DNA from: a virus
Reading direction: 5' to 3' (one strand)
Length of the DNA stretch: 64,000 nt
IMG/VR virus record: IMGVR_UViG_3300038701_001282
Span: 3,939 to 67,938 of that record
Below the pieces are notes generated by a model. The model was not told the origin of the DNA, ran no database searches, and worked only from the letters and a program-made list of their open reading frames with translations. How positions within the stretch are numbered: position 1 is the first letter of the stretch; every line of letters starts with the position of its first letter. Position numbers and translations under genes: made by a program. Shown piece by piece: positions 8,564 to 18,246 of this stretch.

Positions 8564-9623
8564 ATATCATAAGACAGGACAATTCAGAAACGCTGTTTAC
8601 AAAATCTGTGAAATGTCTAAGTATAAAGGACAAGACTCAGAAGGGAATGCTATTATTGATGAATTAGCAAAACCGCCAGAGATCACTTATGTAGGGTCAG
8701 TTAAGCTGCATGGTACTAATGCCAGTATTATTGCACACGAAGATGGATCTATATCGTTTCATAGTAAATCAACCTTGCTAGGTAGAATTGATGTAGATGG
8801 AGAATTCACCTTAAACAAAGACAACTTTTCTTTTGCTCAAGAAATGAATGAAAGAAGAGAGGCTGTATTTAGTGTTGTAGCTAAAGTAAAACATTGCGCC
8901 AAAAAAGAAGGTATTGAGATTGTGTATCCACTTAAGATTTCTGGTGAGTGGTGTGGCCCTGGCATTCAAAGCGGAGTGGGAATTTCAGCTTTAGATAAGA
9001 AATCATTCTTTGTGTTTGGAGTTAGGGTTGGTGATCAATGGTTAGCATGGAATTCATTTTACGTAGGCAATGACACAGTGGCTGGAATCTACGACATATT
9101 TCAGTTTCCACATAAATACATTAAGATTGACTTCTGTGAGCCAGCGTTAGCCCAAAACATACTGGCTAAATATACAGAAGAAGTAGAGGAGCAGTGCCCC
9201 GTAACAGTTAAACTTAAAGAGTATGGAGTTATCCCAGAAGACGCTAGCGAAGTGGGTGAAGGATTAGTATGGGTTCCAGAGGAAACTGAGTACGTAAAAG
9301 ACAGTGATACTTGGTTTAAAACTAAAGGGCAGAAACATTCAGTAACTAAAGTAAAAACTGTAGCTCAAGTGGATGTTGAGAAGCTTAGCTCTATTGTTGA
9401 TTTTGTTGACTATGTAGTTACAGAGAACAGGCTTAACCAAGGACTATTAAAAGTTGGTCTAGACAGAACTAAAATAGGTGAATATATCAAGTGGGTTAGT
9501 TCTGATGTAAATGACGAAGAATCCGACACTCTAGAAAAGAATAACTTGACAATGAAAGATGTTGGTAAGTATATTAGCAACAAAGCCAGAGAATTCTATT
9601 TGTCTAAACTTAACGAGGTTTAA
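8553..9623 (+). CDS. RNA ligase (Rnl2-like family)
   Basis: motif I KLHGTN, GEWCG, FFVFGV, GEGLVW, FKTKG nucleotidyltransferase motifs. Confidence 0.85.
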   Translation: MSYKYHKTGQFRNAVYKICEMSKYKGQDSEGNAIIDELAKPPEITYVGSVKLHGTNASIIAHEDGSISFHSKSTLLGRIDVDGEFTLNKDNFSFAQEMNERREAVFSVVAKVKHCAKKEGIEIVYPLKISGEWCGPGIQSGVGISALDKKSFFVFGVRVGDQWLAWNSFYVGNDTVAGIYDIFQFPHKYIKIDFCEPALAQNILAKYTEEVEEQCPVTVKLKEYGVIPEDASEVGEGLVWVPEETEYVKDSDTWFKTKGQKHSVTKVKTVAQVDVEKLSSIVDFVDYVVTENRLNQGLLKVGLDRTKIGEYIKWVSSDVNDEESDTLEKNNLTMKDVGKYISNKAREFYLSKLNEV

Positions 9624-9894
9624 GTGTATGTGTGATAAAGATTGTCATGTATATGGAGCATGTCCTTTTGCTCACACAGAAGAATCTGAGAAGGTTCAGA
9701 ATTATGGTTGTCTTCCTGGGCCTTACGAGATAATCAAAATGAGAGTAGATCATGGTAAAACTTGGGCTTGTCACTCAGACCGTAGTAAGCCATGTACAGG
9801 CGCTATTAATTACCTCAAGGAAAATGAGTTGCCTTATAAGGTTGTTGATGCTGAACTAGTAACAGATAAAGATGACTGGGGAGTATACCTATGA
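9559..9894 (+). CDS. Cys-rich hypothetical protein (true start probably about 9628)
   Basis: CPF...GCLP...WACH...PC pattern. Confidence 0.55.
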   Translation: MLVSILATKPENSICLNLTRFKCMCDKDCHVYGACPFAHTEESEKVQNYGCLPGPYEIIKMRVDHGKTWACHSDRSKPCTGAINYLKENELPYKVVDAELVTDKDDWGVYL

Positions 9895-10313
9895 ATAGTA
9901 ACTTAACCAAAATTAAAGAAGCCTTCTCAATGTACCAAGAAGGACAGAAACTGATAGAGCAGGCCGATAGGAAGCTCTCTCCAGGCCCTGCAACGTATTA
10001 CATAGGCAGAGTAGAAGAATACTGTACAGCACTGTTTGATCGCTTTGCTCCATTTCAAGAAGGAGATGAAGTAGTATTACTTGCAACTCCAGACTGCTCT
10101 GGTGGCTGGGAACGCTGTAGACATTTCTTGTGTGAGGGGTCTTTAGGAGTAGTACACAGTGTGGATTATACATCTGGTTTATTTCGTGCAGAAGTAGAGT
10201 TTTACAATGAATCATGGATAGATAACGACGGAAATGAACATATCACCAAAGAAAAAGATAGGCATACATTCTCCTTATCAGAGAACTACATAGATACGAT
10301 TGTAACTAAATAA
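9891..10313 (+). CDS. hypothetical protein
   Basis: ATGA-coupled 140-aa ORF. Confidence 0.6.
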   Translation: MNSNLTKIKEAFSMYQEGQKLIEQADRKLSPGPATYYIGRVEEYCTALFDRFAPFQEGDEVVLLATPDCSGGWERCRHFLCEGSLGVVHSVDYTSGLFRAEVEFYNESWIDNDGNEHITKEKDRHTFSLSENYIDTIVTK

Positions 10314-10487
10314 ACAGAATAAGGAATTAACATGAGATACTTACTTTATGTAGTGCTAGATGCACTAAAAATATCAATGCCATATATGTTGGGATTGCTT
10401 GCAGTTATGTGGGCATTGACTTATGCAAGTGAACACAGTTGGTTCAAGGAAATTTGGGATTATATTTTAAACTACGGTATGCAGTAA

Positions 10488-11762
10488 ATGAATAACTATA
10501 TACTCACAGGTACTTATGCATTAAAAATGTATGTATACCCTCCAATATACACTGTAAGGAACTCTAAAGACCTTGATATACTTAGTTCTGAGGAACCGGA
10601 AGTAGTAAGAGAGAAGGAGAGTACACTGGTAGAACAAGTGTCTTCTCTATTTAAAGATCTGGGAGTAAACCATTCAATAGAAAATTGTGATCCTACCAGA
10701 GTTGATGACAGTGTAATGAACACTATGCTTAAGTATTGTATTCCAGTGCTCTTCAAGGGGTTTTACCTTAACATACCATCAATATCAGCCCTATACACAC
10801 TGAAATGTAGCCATTTGGGCTGGGACATTCACTGGGATAAAACTAAGTGGGATGTTCTTCAGTTGGGGCACTTATGTGATTTCAACCTTATAGATGAGCT
10901 ATATGACGTATTAGTAACATACTGGAAGACAGTAAACGGCAGTAAGGATCACCTTAACTTATCTAAACCTAAGAGTGAATTCTTTGATGATTTTGTAGAG
11001 ACACAGTATGATCATGATTACCTACATGAATTAGTTGCATACCCTAATCCCCCAATGTACACTAATTGCTTGAAAGATGGTGAAGAAGTGTTGATATCAA
11101 AAGCGAAATTTGATATACTGAGCCATGAATCCAAGGTGAGGATGTTCAGGGAAGAAATAGCAGTTATTGCAGCAGAGCGGTGGCTATTGAACCCAAAGTC
11201 AGATTTAACTATACTTCAGGCTTACAATGCAGCACTAAAGAAAACAATAGTCAGCCTCACTAAGAACTGGGCAACTGACTTTATAATTTGTAATCTAAAA
11301 GATTTCGTTATATTAGATATCCATTACTTTTTACACTTAATGCAAACTTTACAACCAGACAGGATGAATAAAATGACTAAAACACAAGAAAAACTATTAT
11401 CTGACCTACAGGCCATCTTAGGGGAGGGTTTTCAAGACAGCATAGAGTCCCTTGATATGTTGGCAGTTGGTCTGGCCGATGACGACCTATATGAAATCAA
11501 TGCAGGTTGGAACAGCAAAGCTTGCAATTGGGAGCACGACTACCGACAAAAGCTATTGGATTCTGGAGCTTACGAGCATACGGTACAAGAAGGAGGCGGA
11601 GAAGGTGGAACTGAGTATTGCTACGGAGTGTTTAAATTAAATGACACTCTCTACAAGGTAGAGTGGAGTTACTACTCTTACGATGGTTACTACACCGCAG
11701 GGGCATTCCGAGGCCTAACTGAAGTTAAACCAAAACAGAAAACTATTACTGTGTATGAATAA
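10488..11762 (+). CDS. nucleotidyltransferase-fold protein fused to C-terminal conserved phage domain
   Basis: ILTGTYAL...KDLDIL resembles the Pol-beta hG[GS]...DhD motif; C-terminus GGGEGG...CYGVF. Confidence 0.6.
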   Translation: MNNYILTGTYALKMYVYPPIYTVRNSKDLDILSSEEPEVVREKESTLVEQVSSLFKDLGVNHSIENCDPTRVDDSVMNTMLKYCIPVLFKGFYLNIPSISALYTLKCSHLGWDIHWDKTKWDVLQLGHLCDFNLIDELYDVLVTYWKTVNGSKDHLNLSKPKSEFFDDFVETQYDHDYLHELVAYPNPPMYTNCLKDGEEVLISKAKFDILSHESKVRMFREEIAVIAAERWLLNPKSDLTILQAYNAALKKTIVSLTKNWATDFIICNLKDFVILDIHYFLHLMQTLQPDRMNKMTKTQEKLLSDLQAILGEGFQDSIESLDMLAVGLADDDLYEINAGWNSKACNWEHDYRQKLLDSGAYEHTVQEGGGEGGTEYCYGVFKLNDTLYKVEWSYYSYDGYYTAGAFRGLTEVKPKQKTITVYE

Positions 11763-11883
11763 TAGGACGGTAACATGAATAATTCACAAAAGAAGTTTGA
11801 AGAGCTTATGACTGGGATTGTAGGTGGGTACAGTTACCAATTAATAAAAGATCATGTTGGGCTGGATCAACTAAGCGCAGGTC

Positions 11884-12108
11884 TTGAGTGATCTGGAACA
11901 GCACTACACACATTTGGAGTCAGACGGTGGAGGAGAGGGCGGAGCTGAAGATTGTTATGGAGTATTCCAACTTAAAGATACAATTTTTCGGGTTGAGTGG
12001 AAGTATTATTCACATCATGGAACTTACGCAGATTGTTCATATTCTTCGTTAGCAATTGTAGTGCCTAAGCAAGTTACTGTGACTCAGTACGTAGTTAAAT
12101 GGAAGTAG
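11884..12108 (+). CDS. paralogue of the C-terminal domain of 10488..11762
   Basis: GGGEGGAEDCYGVFQLKDTIFRVEWKYYS vs GGGEGGTEYCYGVFKLNDTLYKVEWSYYS. Confidence 0.75.
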   Translation: MSDLEQHYTHLESDGGGEGGAEDCYGVFQLKDTIFRVEWKYYSHHGTYADCSYSSLAIVVPKQVTVTQYVVKWK

Positions 12109-12117
12109 ATTTATAAT

Positions 12118-12138
12118 GGGGGCGAAAGCCCCTCCTTT
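12118..12138 (+). terminator. GC hairpin (GGGGC-GAAA-GCCCC) with short T tract
   Basis: perfect 5-bp stem, GAAA tetraloop, then TCCTTTT; abuts the 5' end of the tRNA-like gene. Confidence 0.55.
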
Positions 12139-12327
12139 TCTGAGGTAGCTTAATGGTCATTATACTACTTTTTTAGCTAACTGGTAGTATAATGAAGTGA
12201 GGAGGTGTATTTAGAGTCGGAAGCTTGGTAGCTCCCTGCCTAAGACCAATAAAATACACTATCTATTCACTAGAGCGCTGGACGGTTAATCCAGAAGATG
12301 TAGGTTCGAATCCTGCCCTCAGCTCCA
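12139..12327 (+). tRNA. tRNA-Asn(GTT)-like gene interrupted by a 114-nt D-loop insertion
   Basis: 5' half TCTGAGG-TA-GCTT-AATGGT (12139-12157); 3' half AGAGC-G-CTGGA-CGGTTAA-TCCAG-AAGAT-GTAGG-TTCGAAT-CCTGC-CCTCAGC-T-CCA (12272-12327); halves pair in acceptor and D stems. Confidence 0.8.
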
Positions 12328-12341
12328 AACCTTTTAATTCT

Positions 12342-12460
12342 AAAGCACTTTTTCATGTTTTGAGCTATAAATTTCAGCTTTCAAACAGAAAATTAATTTT
12401 CGAATATAATATCAAAAAGCTTGATATCAAAAGCACTTTTTCATATTCTGAGTTGTAAAT
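12342..12460. repeat. 31-nt imperfect direct repeat (2 copies)
   Basis: 12342-12372 and 12430-12460, 27/31 identical, core AAAGCACTTTTTCAT. Confidence 0.8.
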
Positions 12461-12593
12461 GTATATTTACTGTCAGAAATATTCTCCCTAAGTCATATCC
12501 AAACACCCTCCAAATTGCATAAACATGCACCATCATTCATTCTATTCATAAAATTATTCAATAAATATTCATTTTGATTTTTGTCTTTTATTT

Positions 12594-12926
12594 GTGTTAA
12601 TGTTTAAAACATCAAGCAACAAACAAAAAGGTTTATTAATGTTTAGTTTTCTATTTAATGACGGAAAGAAAGAGACAGCACAGTTCGAACACACATACGA
12701 CGAATTGCAGCAACACATAAGCAGATTTAGGCAGGCAATAGTTGATCATGGCCTAGATTATTACGACATACACGAAATACTATACAATTTTCAGCGTATA
12801 CAAGATATGCACCCAGAACTAACAAAAATACTTGAAAAAACTATTGACTTACCGAATAACTTAGTACTAGAATATAAGCCATCAGCTAACAGCTTACCTT
12901 ATTATGCTGTTAATGAGAAAAAATAA
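12594..12926 (+). CDS. early-region hypothetical protein (start probably ATG 12639)
   Basis: ORF following AT-rich leader. Confidence 0.55.
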   Translation: MLMFKTSSNKQKGLLMFSFLFNDGKKETAQFEHTYDELQQHISRFRQAIVDHGLDYYDIHEILYNFQRIQDMHPELTKILEKTIDLPNNLVLEYKPSANSLPYYAVNEKK

Positions 12927-12955
12927 ATAATACTTACTATATAAGGCGGCATACT

Positions 12956-13591
12956 GTGAAATATAAAATTAATGTTATTGAATCTCTTTATGATGTAAAA
13001 GTTGAAAGCTTAGATTGTTTAAATGACACACAAAAACAACAACTTGCAGAAAAACTTATTAACGCTTTTCCAGTTACTTTGAATAACCAAGTTGTAGAAT
13101 ATATTCTACAAAAATCAGGGGAAGACGATGATGCACCTTTCTCTTATGATGATATAACCAATAACACGCCTTACGCTAATATCGAAATAACTAAAATAGA
13201 TGGTTTCAAGTATTGGGTAGAATTAGACCAAAACGAAGCCAGCGAAAAACTTGAATTCTTTGAATACTTAAGAAATAAATCTCAAGAAGTACTTGATAAC
13301 GTAGAATATGAAGATGGTGATAATTATACGTTAATAGAAAAGTGGGAAAAGATAGTGCACAATCTAGACGTTACTTGTGGTAATTTAGAACATGCAGATT
13401 TTGAAAACTACCCTGAGATATATCAATGGTTTTCGTGTAGTGATTATTTAATCTACAAGTTAGAAGAATATGGCGAATGCACCCTTGACGGTGAATACTG
13501 GGGGCGCACATGTTGTGGACAATCAATTACACTTGATAGAGTTATTCAAAAAATAGCTTTTGACTACTTCAAAGAAGAAATAAGAGGTTAA
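12956..13591 (+). CDS. early-region acidic hypothetical protein
   Basis: 211-aa ORF, GTG start behind AAGGCGGC. Confidence 0.7.
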   Translation: MKYKINVIESLYDVKVESLDCLNDTQKQQLAEKLINAFPVTLNNQVVEYILQKSGEDDDAPFSYDDITNNTPYANIEITKIDGFKYWVELDQNEASEKLEFFEYLRNKSQEVLDNVEYEDGDNYTLIEKWEKIVHNLDVTCGNLEHADFENYPEIYQWFSCSDYLIYKLEEYGECTLDGEYWGRTCCGQSITLDRVIQKIAFDYFKEEIRG

Positions 13592-13604
13592 TTAAAAATA
13601 ACCC

Positions 13605-13632
13605 TTGCAATCTAAAATTATGTCGCTATACT
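13605..13632 (+). promoter_or_regulatory. sigma70-like early promoter
   Basis: TTGCAA-16nt-TATACT with A-rich upstream element. Confidence 0.6.
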
Positions 13633-13822
13633 ATATATAACAGCTTACGAAATATAACAAAGGCGGCATAAAATGAAAAAATTAGTTATTCTTTTATTGA
13701 CAATTACAGCTCTAGTGTATATGATTACCAATAATGAAACACGAGTTACACAAGGCTTGATTAAACAACATCATGAGAAACTTGCTAACATTTAACTAAC
13801 ATGTAAATAAGGGCATAAGACA

Positions 13823-14053
13823 ATGAAAGATTTCGCATTTAACACTACTAACAAACCAATGGCTACACAAGACAATACAAAGCTTTGTAATCGATTTTCT
13901 CTGTACCCTGAACCTACCTACCAGGAACGTATTGAAAGCCTTAGAATGTGGCTCTTAGGAGGTTTTACAGCTATCCCTGTAGCCATTGCTATCTTATATG
14001 GTCTTAGCTACTCACAAAGTAAGACTTTACAAATTATGCTAACTTTGATTTAA
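13823..14053 (+). CDS. small membrane protein
   Basis: C-terminal hydrophobic segment. Confidence 0.5.
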   Translation: MKDFAFNTTNKPMATQDNTKLCNRFSLYPEPTYQERIESLRMWLLGGFTAIPVAIAILYGLSYSQSKTLQIMLTLI

Positions 14054-14097
14054 TAGTAACAATTTAATACTAAACATTAACTTAAGGATTAAATATT

Positions 14098-14349
14098 ATG
14101 CAAAATTCACCAGCTATGACACTTTCACAAATTGGGCCATATACACATACAACAACTAACAAGACTAACCCTCAAAAGTTATTCTTTGTGCCAAGTGGTG
14201 CCAATGTTACACAATATCGTAAAGATCGTAAGACTAAATACACTAAAAATGTGAAATTCTCAAACAACACTAACACTCACGCCTTAGTTATGCTAGAAAG
14301 TGGTCAAGTGTGCAAGATGAACACAAAGAACATTAAGAAGATTAAATAG
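14098..14349 (+). CDS. basic hypothetical protein
   Basis: AAGGA RBS, 83-aa ORF. Confidence 0.55.
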   Translation: MQNSPAMTLSQIGPYTHTTTNKTNPQKLFFVPSGANVTQYRKDRKTKYTKNVKFSNNTNTHALVMLESGQVCKMNTKNIKKIK

Positions 14350-14479
14350 TAATTTAGATTAAATAATAGTATTGCGACAGTATGCCCCTATAACCTTGGT
14401 TTATAGTTATCTTTAACACTTAAATTAACTAAAGATTAAAGAGCTTTCCATTCATAGCTATTCTCCATGGTTATCTTAT

Positions 14480-14511
14480 GCTCCTTTGCTCAGTGCTTAG
14501 GGGCTTTTTTT
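14480..14511 (+). terminator. Rho-independent terminator
   Basis: GCTCCT...AGGGGC stem followed by T7. Confidence 0.65.
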
Positions 14512-14522
14512 GTATATACCCC

Positions 14523-14550
14523 TTGCATTTCTCCCAGATAGCCGTATACT
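14523..14550 (+). promoter_or_regulatory. sigma70-like early promoter
   Basis: TTGCAT-16nt-TATACT directly after terminator. Confidence 0.6.
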
Positions 14551-14586
14551 GTAACCATACAGACAACAACACAAGGGCGGCAGATC

Positions 14587-14946
14587 ATGATTTTTCCAAA
14601 CTGGCAACAAGTAGAAGTATGTGAAAGAGACGGTTATAAAATATATCTGAATTTCTTAGTAGAGCATCAAGATCCTTTCCTACATTTTGTGAAAGATTGC
14701 GGTTGGTCAAAAGACCAATACCAAGAGATTGACGGTTTTTATTGGTTTTGTGCTGAAGTAGAGGCCGTGAAATCAGGCTATACTGTAGGTTATGCACATC
14801 TGGGAGTATGTTGCTATGCTTCCAAGGAGGGCGTGATAGGGAGTAGTTTGGATACCATGCTAAACGGGCACATGGAACAATTAATTATTGAAGCAATAGA
14901 AGATTGTGATAAAGTAGCTGAATCAGACTTTAACCCTATTTATTAA
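14587..14946 (+). CDS. early-region hypothetical protein
   Basis: ORF behind AGGGCGGC. Confidence 0.65.
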   Translation: MIFPNWQQVEVCERDGYKIYLNFLVEHQDPFLHFVKDCGWSKDQYQEIDGFYWFCAEVEAVKSGYTVGYAHLGVCCYASKEGVIGSSLDTMLNGHMEQLIIEAIEDCDKVAESDFNPIY

Positions 14947-14957
14947 GAGGCGGTACA

Positions 14958-15344
14958 ATGAGCACTTACAAAAACATTGAAAGATTATATAATGTAGTTT
15001 ATAAATCAATCGCTAGGATTGACAGTAATCTAAGCTACCCTAGAACCTTAGAAGCTATTAACCGCCTATGCGATGCAATCAATACATATTACGATAACGA
15101 AGAAAACCAAGACGAATGTATTTGGTATATAGGTGAGTCTAACGAGTTTAGCCTAGATTCTCTTATAGTTGGGGCTTATTGGTTCACTAGTGATTATCAA
15201 GCATTCGATAGGGCACCAAACCAAGAAGCTATAACACAAGGGCAACTATCTACAGTATTCAGCCCTAATTGCTCTGGTTTGGAGGAAGATAGCGGGGAAA
15301 GAGACGTATACGATTTTTTAGAGGCAAAGCGCAATGAAAGTTAA
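14958..15344 (+). CDS. early-region hypothetical protein
   Basis: ORF behind AGAGGCGG. Confidence 0.65.
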   Translation: MSTYKNIERLYNVVYKSIARIDSNLSYPRTLEAINRLCDAINTYYDNEENQDECIWYIGESNEFSLDSLIVGAYWFTSDYQAFDRAPNQEAITQGQLSTVFSPNCSGLEEDSGERDVYDFLEAKRNES

Positions 15345-15385
15345 CTTTTTAACAGCTAATGATAATGAACTACACTTTAAAATAG

Positions 15386-16866
15386 ATGATCAAAAGGTGT
15401 ACAATGAACAAAGCCCAAGCTAATTACTACATGAAGAAAAAAGCCCCTTTAATATGTAAGCCTTTTCTAGATTCTGTTAACATTCATACTTTAATTAATA
15501 GTAAAGTACCAAAAGAAAAACGAACCTTAGAAAAGGAAAAGATGAAAGCCAGTAACACTTTAAACCTCATTAAGATTAGACTAAAACTAGGCTATACAGC
15601 GAGACAAGCTATAAATCAAGATATGAATTCAACGCCTAGCGACAGAAGGCGGGAAGCTAGGGCTAAGAAATGGATTAAAAGGCTAAACAGAGAGGCAAAA
15701 ACACAATGAAGTACAAAACCAAAGTAGTTACATTCGATAATGTAGAGCATGATTGTGTAAGGGATGCCATAGACCACCTAAAGCGTAGAGAAAGCGCTTT
15801 TATGGCTCAGTTTGAACACAGATTAAACATGAAAAAATCTAATGAGGTAAGGGAGGTGATAGATTCTAATTTACAATACTTCGTAGAATTAGATAAGATT
15901 AGGAAAGACATTAAAGACTATCCCACACATGACGAGGAAGGTTAAACAGTGAATACCAAAACACTTAAAGCCATAGGTTGGTTTCATCCATATGAAAACA
16001 CTTACACTCTAGAAGATGGTGGTAACATCATTAATGCTAAACCATCAGGGCATAGTATTTCAGATGCTGTTAGAGTAGCCCAGGAGCTAGGCTATACACA
16101 TGTATTAGTAGATAATTGTTATAAGAAGCCTTATACAATACAAGTGGGAATCCAAGAGGAACTATATGACAATGGATAAACTAACACACGAAGACACTTT
16201 ATTGTGCTCTTTATCGATAACTATCATACTTTCAGTATCTGGTCAAATAATGATCGGTTATATACATTTACTGTTTTCTATGAGTGCTTTAATACTGTAT
16301 ACCAGTTTTATCGAATTCTTATGCACACATAAGGAACCTAACATTGAAGATATAGAAGAGGAGCATTATTAGCAATGTGGCCTTTTAAACGATGCAACCA
16401 TGATTGGAAAGTAATAAATGAGGTAAAAGAAAAGTCTTTTATAGAGAGGACTAATCCAACTAGGGTAAGGCATATGCATTATGAGTATACCCAAGGTACA
16501 CATATTCTCACTTGTACTTGTACGAAGTGCGGTAAATTCAAACAAACGGTTAATAAGTATTAAGGGACAAATATGGCTATCAATATAATTGAATATTGGG
16601 AAGTGCAAGCTTGTTATGATAAGGCTATAGAAACTATAGCTTATTTTGATAACGAGCAAGCAGCTAAAGCTTTAGCTAATAAGAGTGTATATAACTCATA
16701 CACACATAAAAAAGTAATAACAGTCAGCGGCGAAAAGGAAATATCTGAGGCTGCTAAAAGAGAACGAGTTCTAAAAGCTATAGAAGGTATGGCAGGATCA
16801 GACAAACAAGCCTTGTATGAGTACTTAAAGGAAGAATACACTAGCAATGCAACTCAGATACGCTGA
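15386..16866 (+). other. run of six small rightward hypothetical ORFs (15386-15709, 15706-15945, 15949-16179, 16166-16372, 16375-16563, 16573-16866)
   Basis: tightly packed or overlapping ORFs with RBS-like motifs; no recognised families. Confidence 0.6.
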
Positions 16867-16869
16867 GGC

Positions 16870-18245
16870 TTAACAGACGAATCCACACCTGATGTTCTAC
16901 CCTTTACCTATACCAACCTACCACCTATATGCTAAAAGCCCCTCACGGGGCTTAGAATGCGTTCTAGTGCTATGCACTAAATATCCCCTTTATATTCCCT
17001 AGAATATAGTATTACTTTTATTACTACTAATTATGGTGGTATTAGACTTACATTGTATTAAGACTCTGTATGTAATACATACAATAGCATTAGTTTATGT
17101 ACTACGTACATATGATAGCTATTTATGATGAGTAATTATATCTTGATGGGTGCTATAATTGGTAAATTATGTTTAAGAGATGTATAATACTTGGTGTATT
17201 GTGTTTAGCACATTTCCCTTGCGTATGCAAGAAATCTTTCAATAATTCTTAGAATAATTACATTATTCATCTAATCCTTCTTATTTCTTACAGAAATATA
17301 CTAATCTAACCTAATATAAGCCCTTCTCAGAGCATTAATAATTATCTATGCCAATGCATAGGGTATAGCTATACCTACGCTTAGAGCGTATTACAGAGCT
17401 TAGGCATTGTGGTTACACAATAGAAGGGTGGCTATAAGATGAGATTAATATTAGGTAGGATTGGCTTACTTATTGCTTAGCAATATAAATAGGATAAGAA
17501 ACATACAGATAACGCAGTTGTACTGCGCATAATATCCATTATGTTAAATAGGTGATTTTTAAGTTATATACACTATGTTTCATAGTAGAAAATACTCTTA
17601 AAATACAGTGATATTTTATAATTATAGCTTGCTTTTGAGGTGTAGGTGTGGTAGTGCTAAGCACCAATCTTGTAAATTTATTGAATCCTTCAAAATATAA
17701 CCAACACACCATAGATTATTATTTCATGTCTAGAGACATAGATAGTGCTCTTAACTATAAGTCTAATACATACCAATATTGATATTTTTCAGATGTAATA
17801 TTATCGATAGATCGATAAAAGTGAGTTCAAAATTTTAAATTTTAGTATTAGAGTATGTCCTCGGACAGAGGACTAAAGGTAGGAATGATATATTGTATCA
17901 ATAACAGGTATATTTTAGTATTAGAACTAAAGTTCTAGTATACTCATACTAATATCTTAGATATTTTAGGATAGTACTACAAAAGATAGGTAATTCTCTG
18001 GGAATACAGCAAAATCAATATCTGGAGAGGAGCGTAGCGAGGATTTAGATATTGGGGCGCTGTTGGTAAAGGGTGGTATTATCGTTATAAACGATATTTT
18101 ATCTGTTATTTGGTTGTTTATTGTTGTTTCTTAAGTATTAGATTTGAGGTGAGGTGGTACTTTAGTATTATGTAGGGCAGGGAACACCCCTGTACAGCTC
18201 TCTCAGGGGCTTTATGTTGAAATAGGTAGGTTAGGTAGGGTTAGT
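16870..18245. other. about 1.4 kb non-coding, palindrome-dense region between convergent gene blocks (candidate origin or genome-terminus region)
   Basis: no ORF of 60 aa or more in the track; many short inverted repeats; related elements at both edges. Confidence 0.6.
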
Positions 18246-18246
18246 A

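Noticed and set aside
12158-12271. Group I/II intron or MITE as the tRNA insertion
   Set aside because: Too short, no catalytic core motifs, no terminal inverted repeats or clear target duplication, and no obvious BHB motif
12342-12460. Mini CRISPR array
   Set aside because: Only two imperfect, non-palindromic repeats, a 57-nt gap and no cas genes
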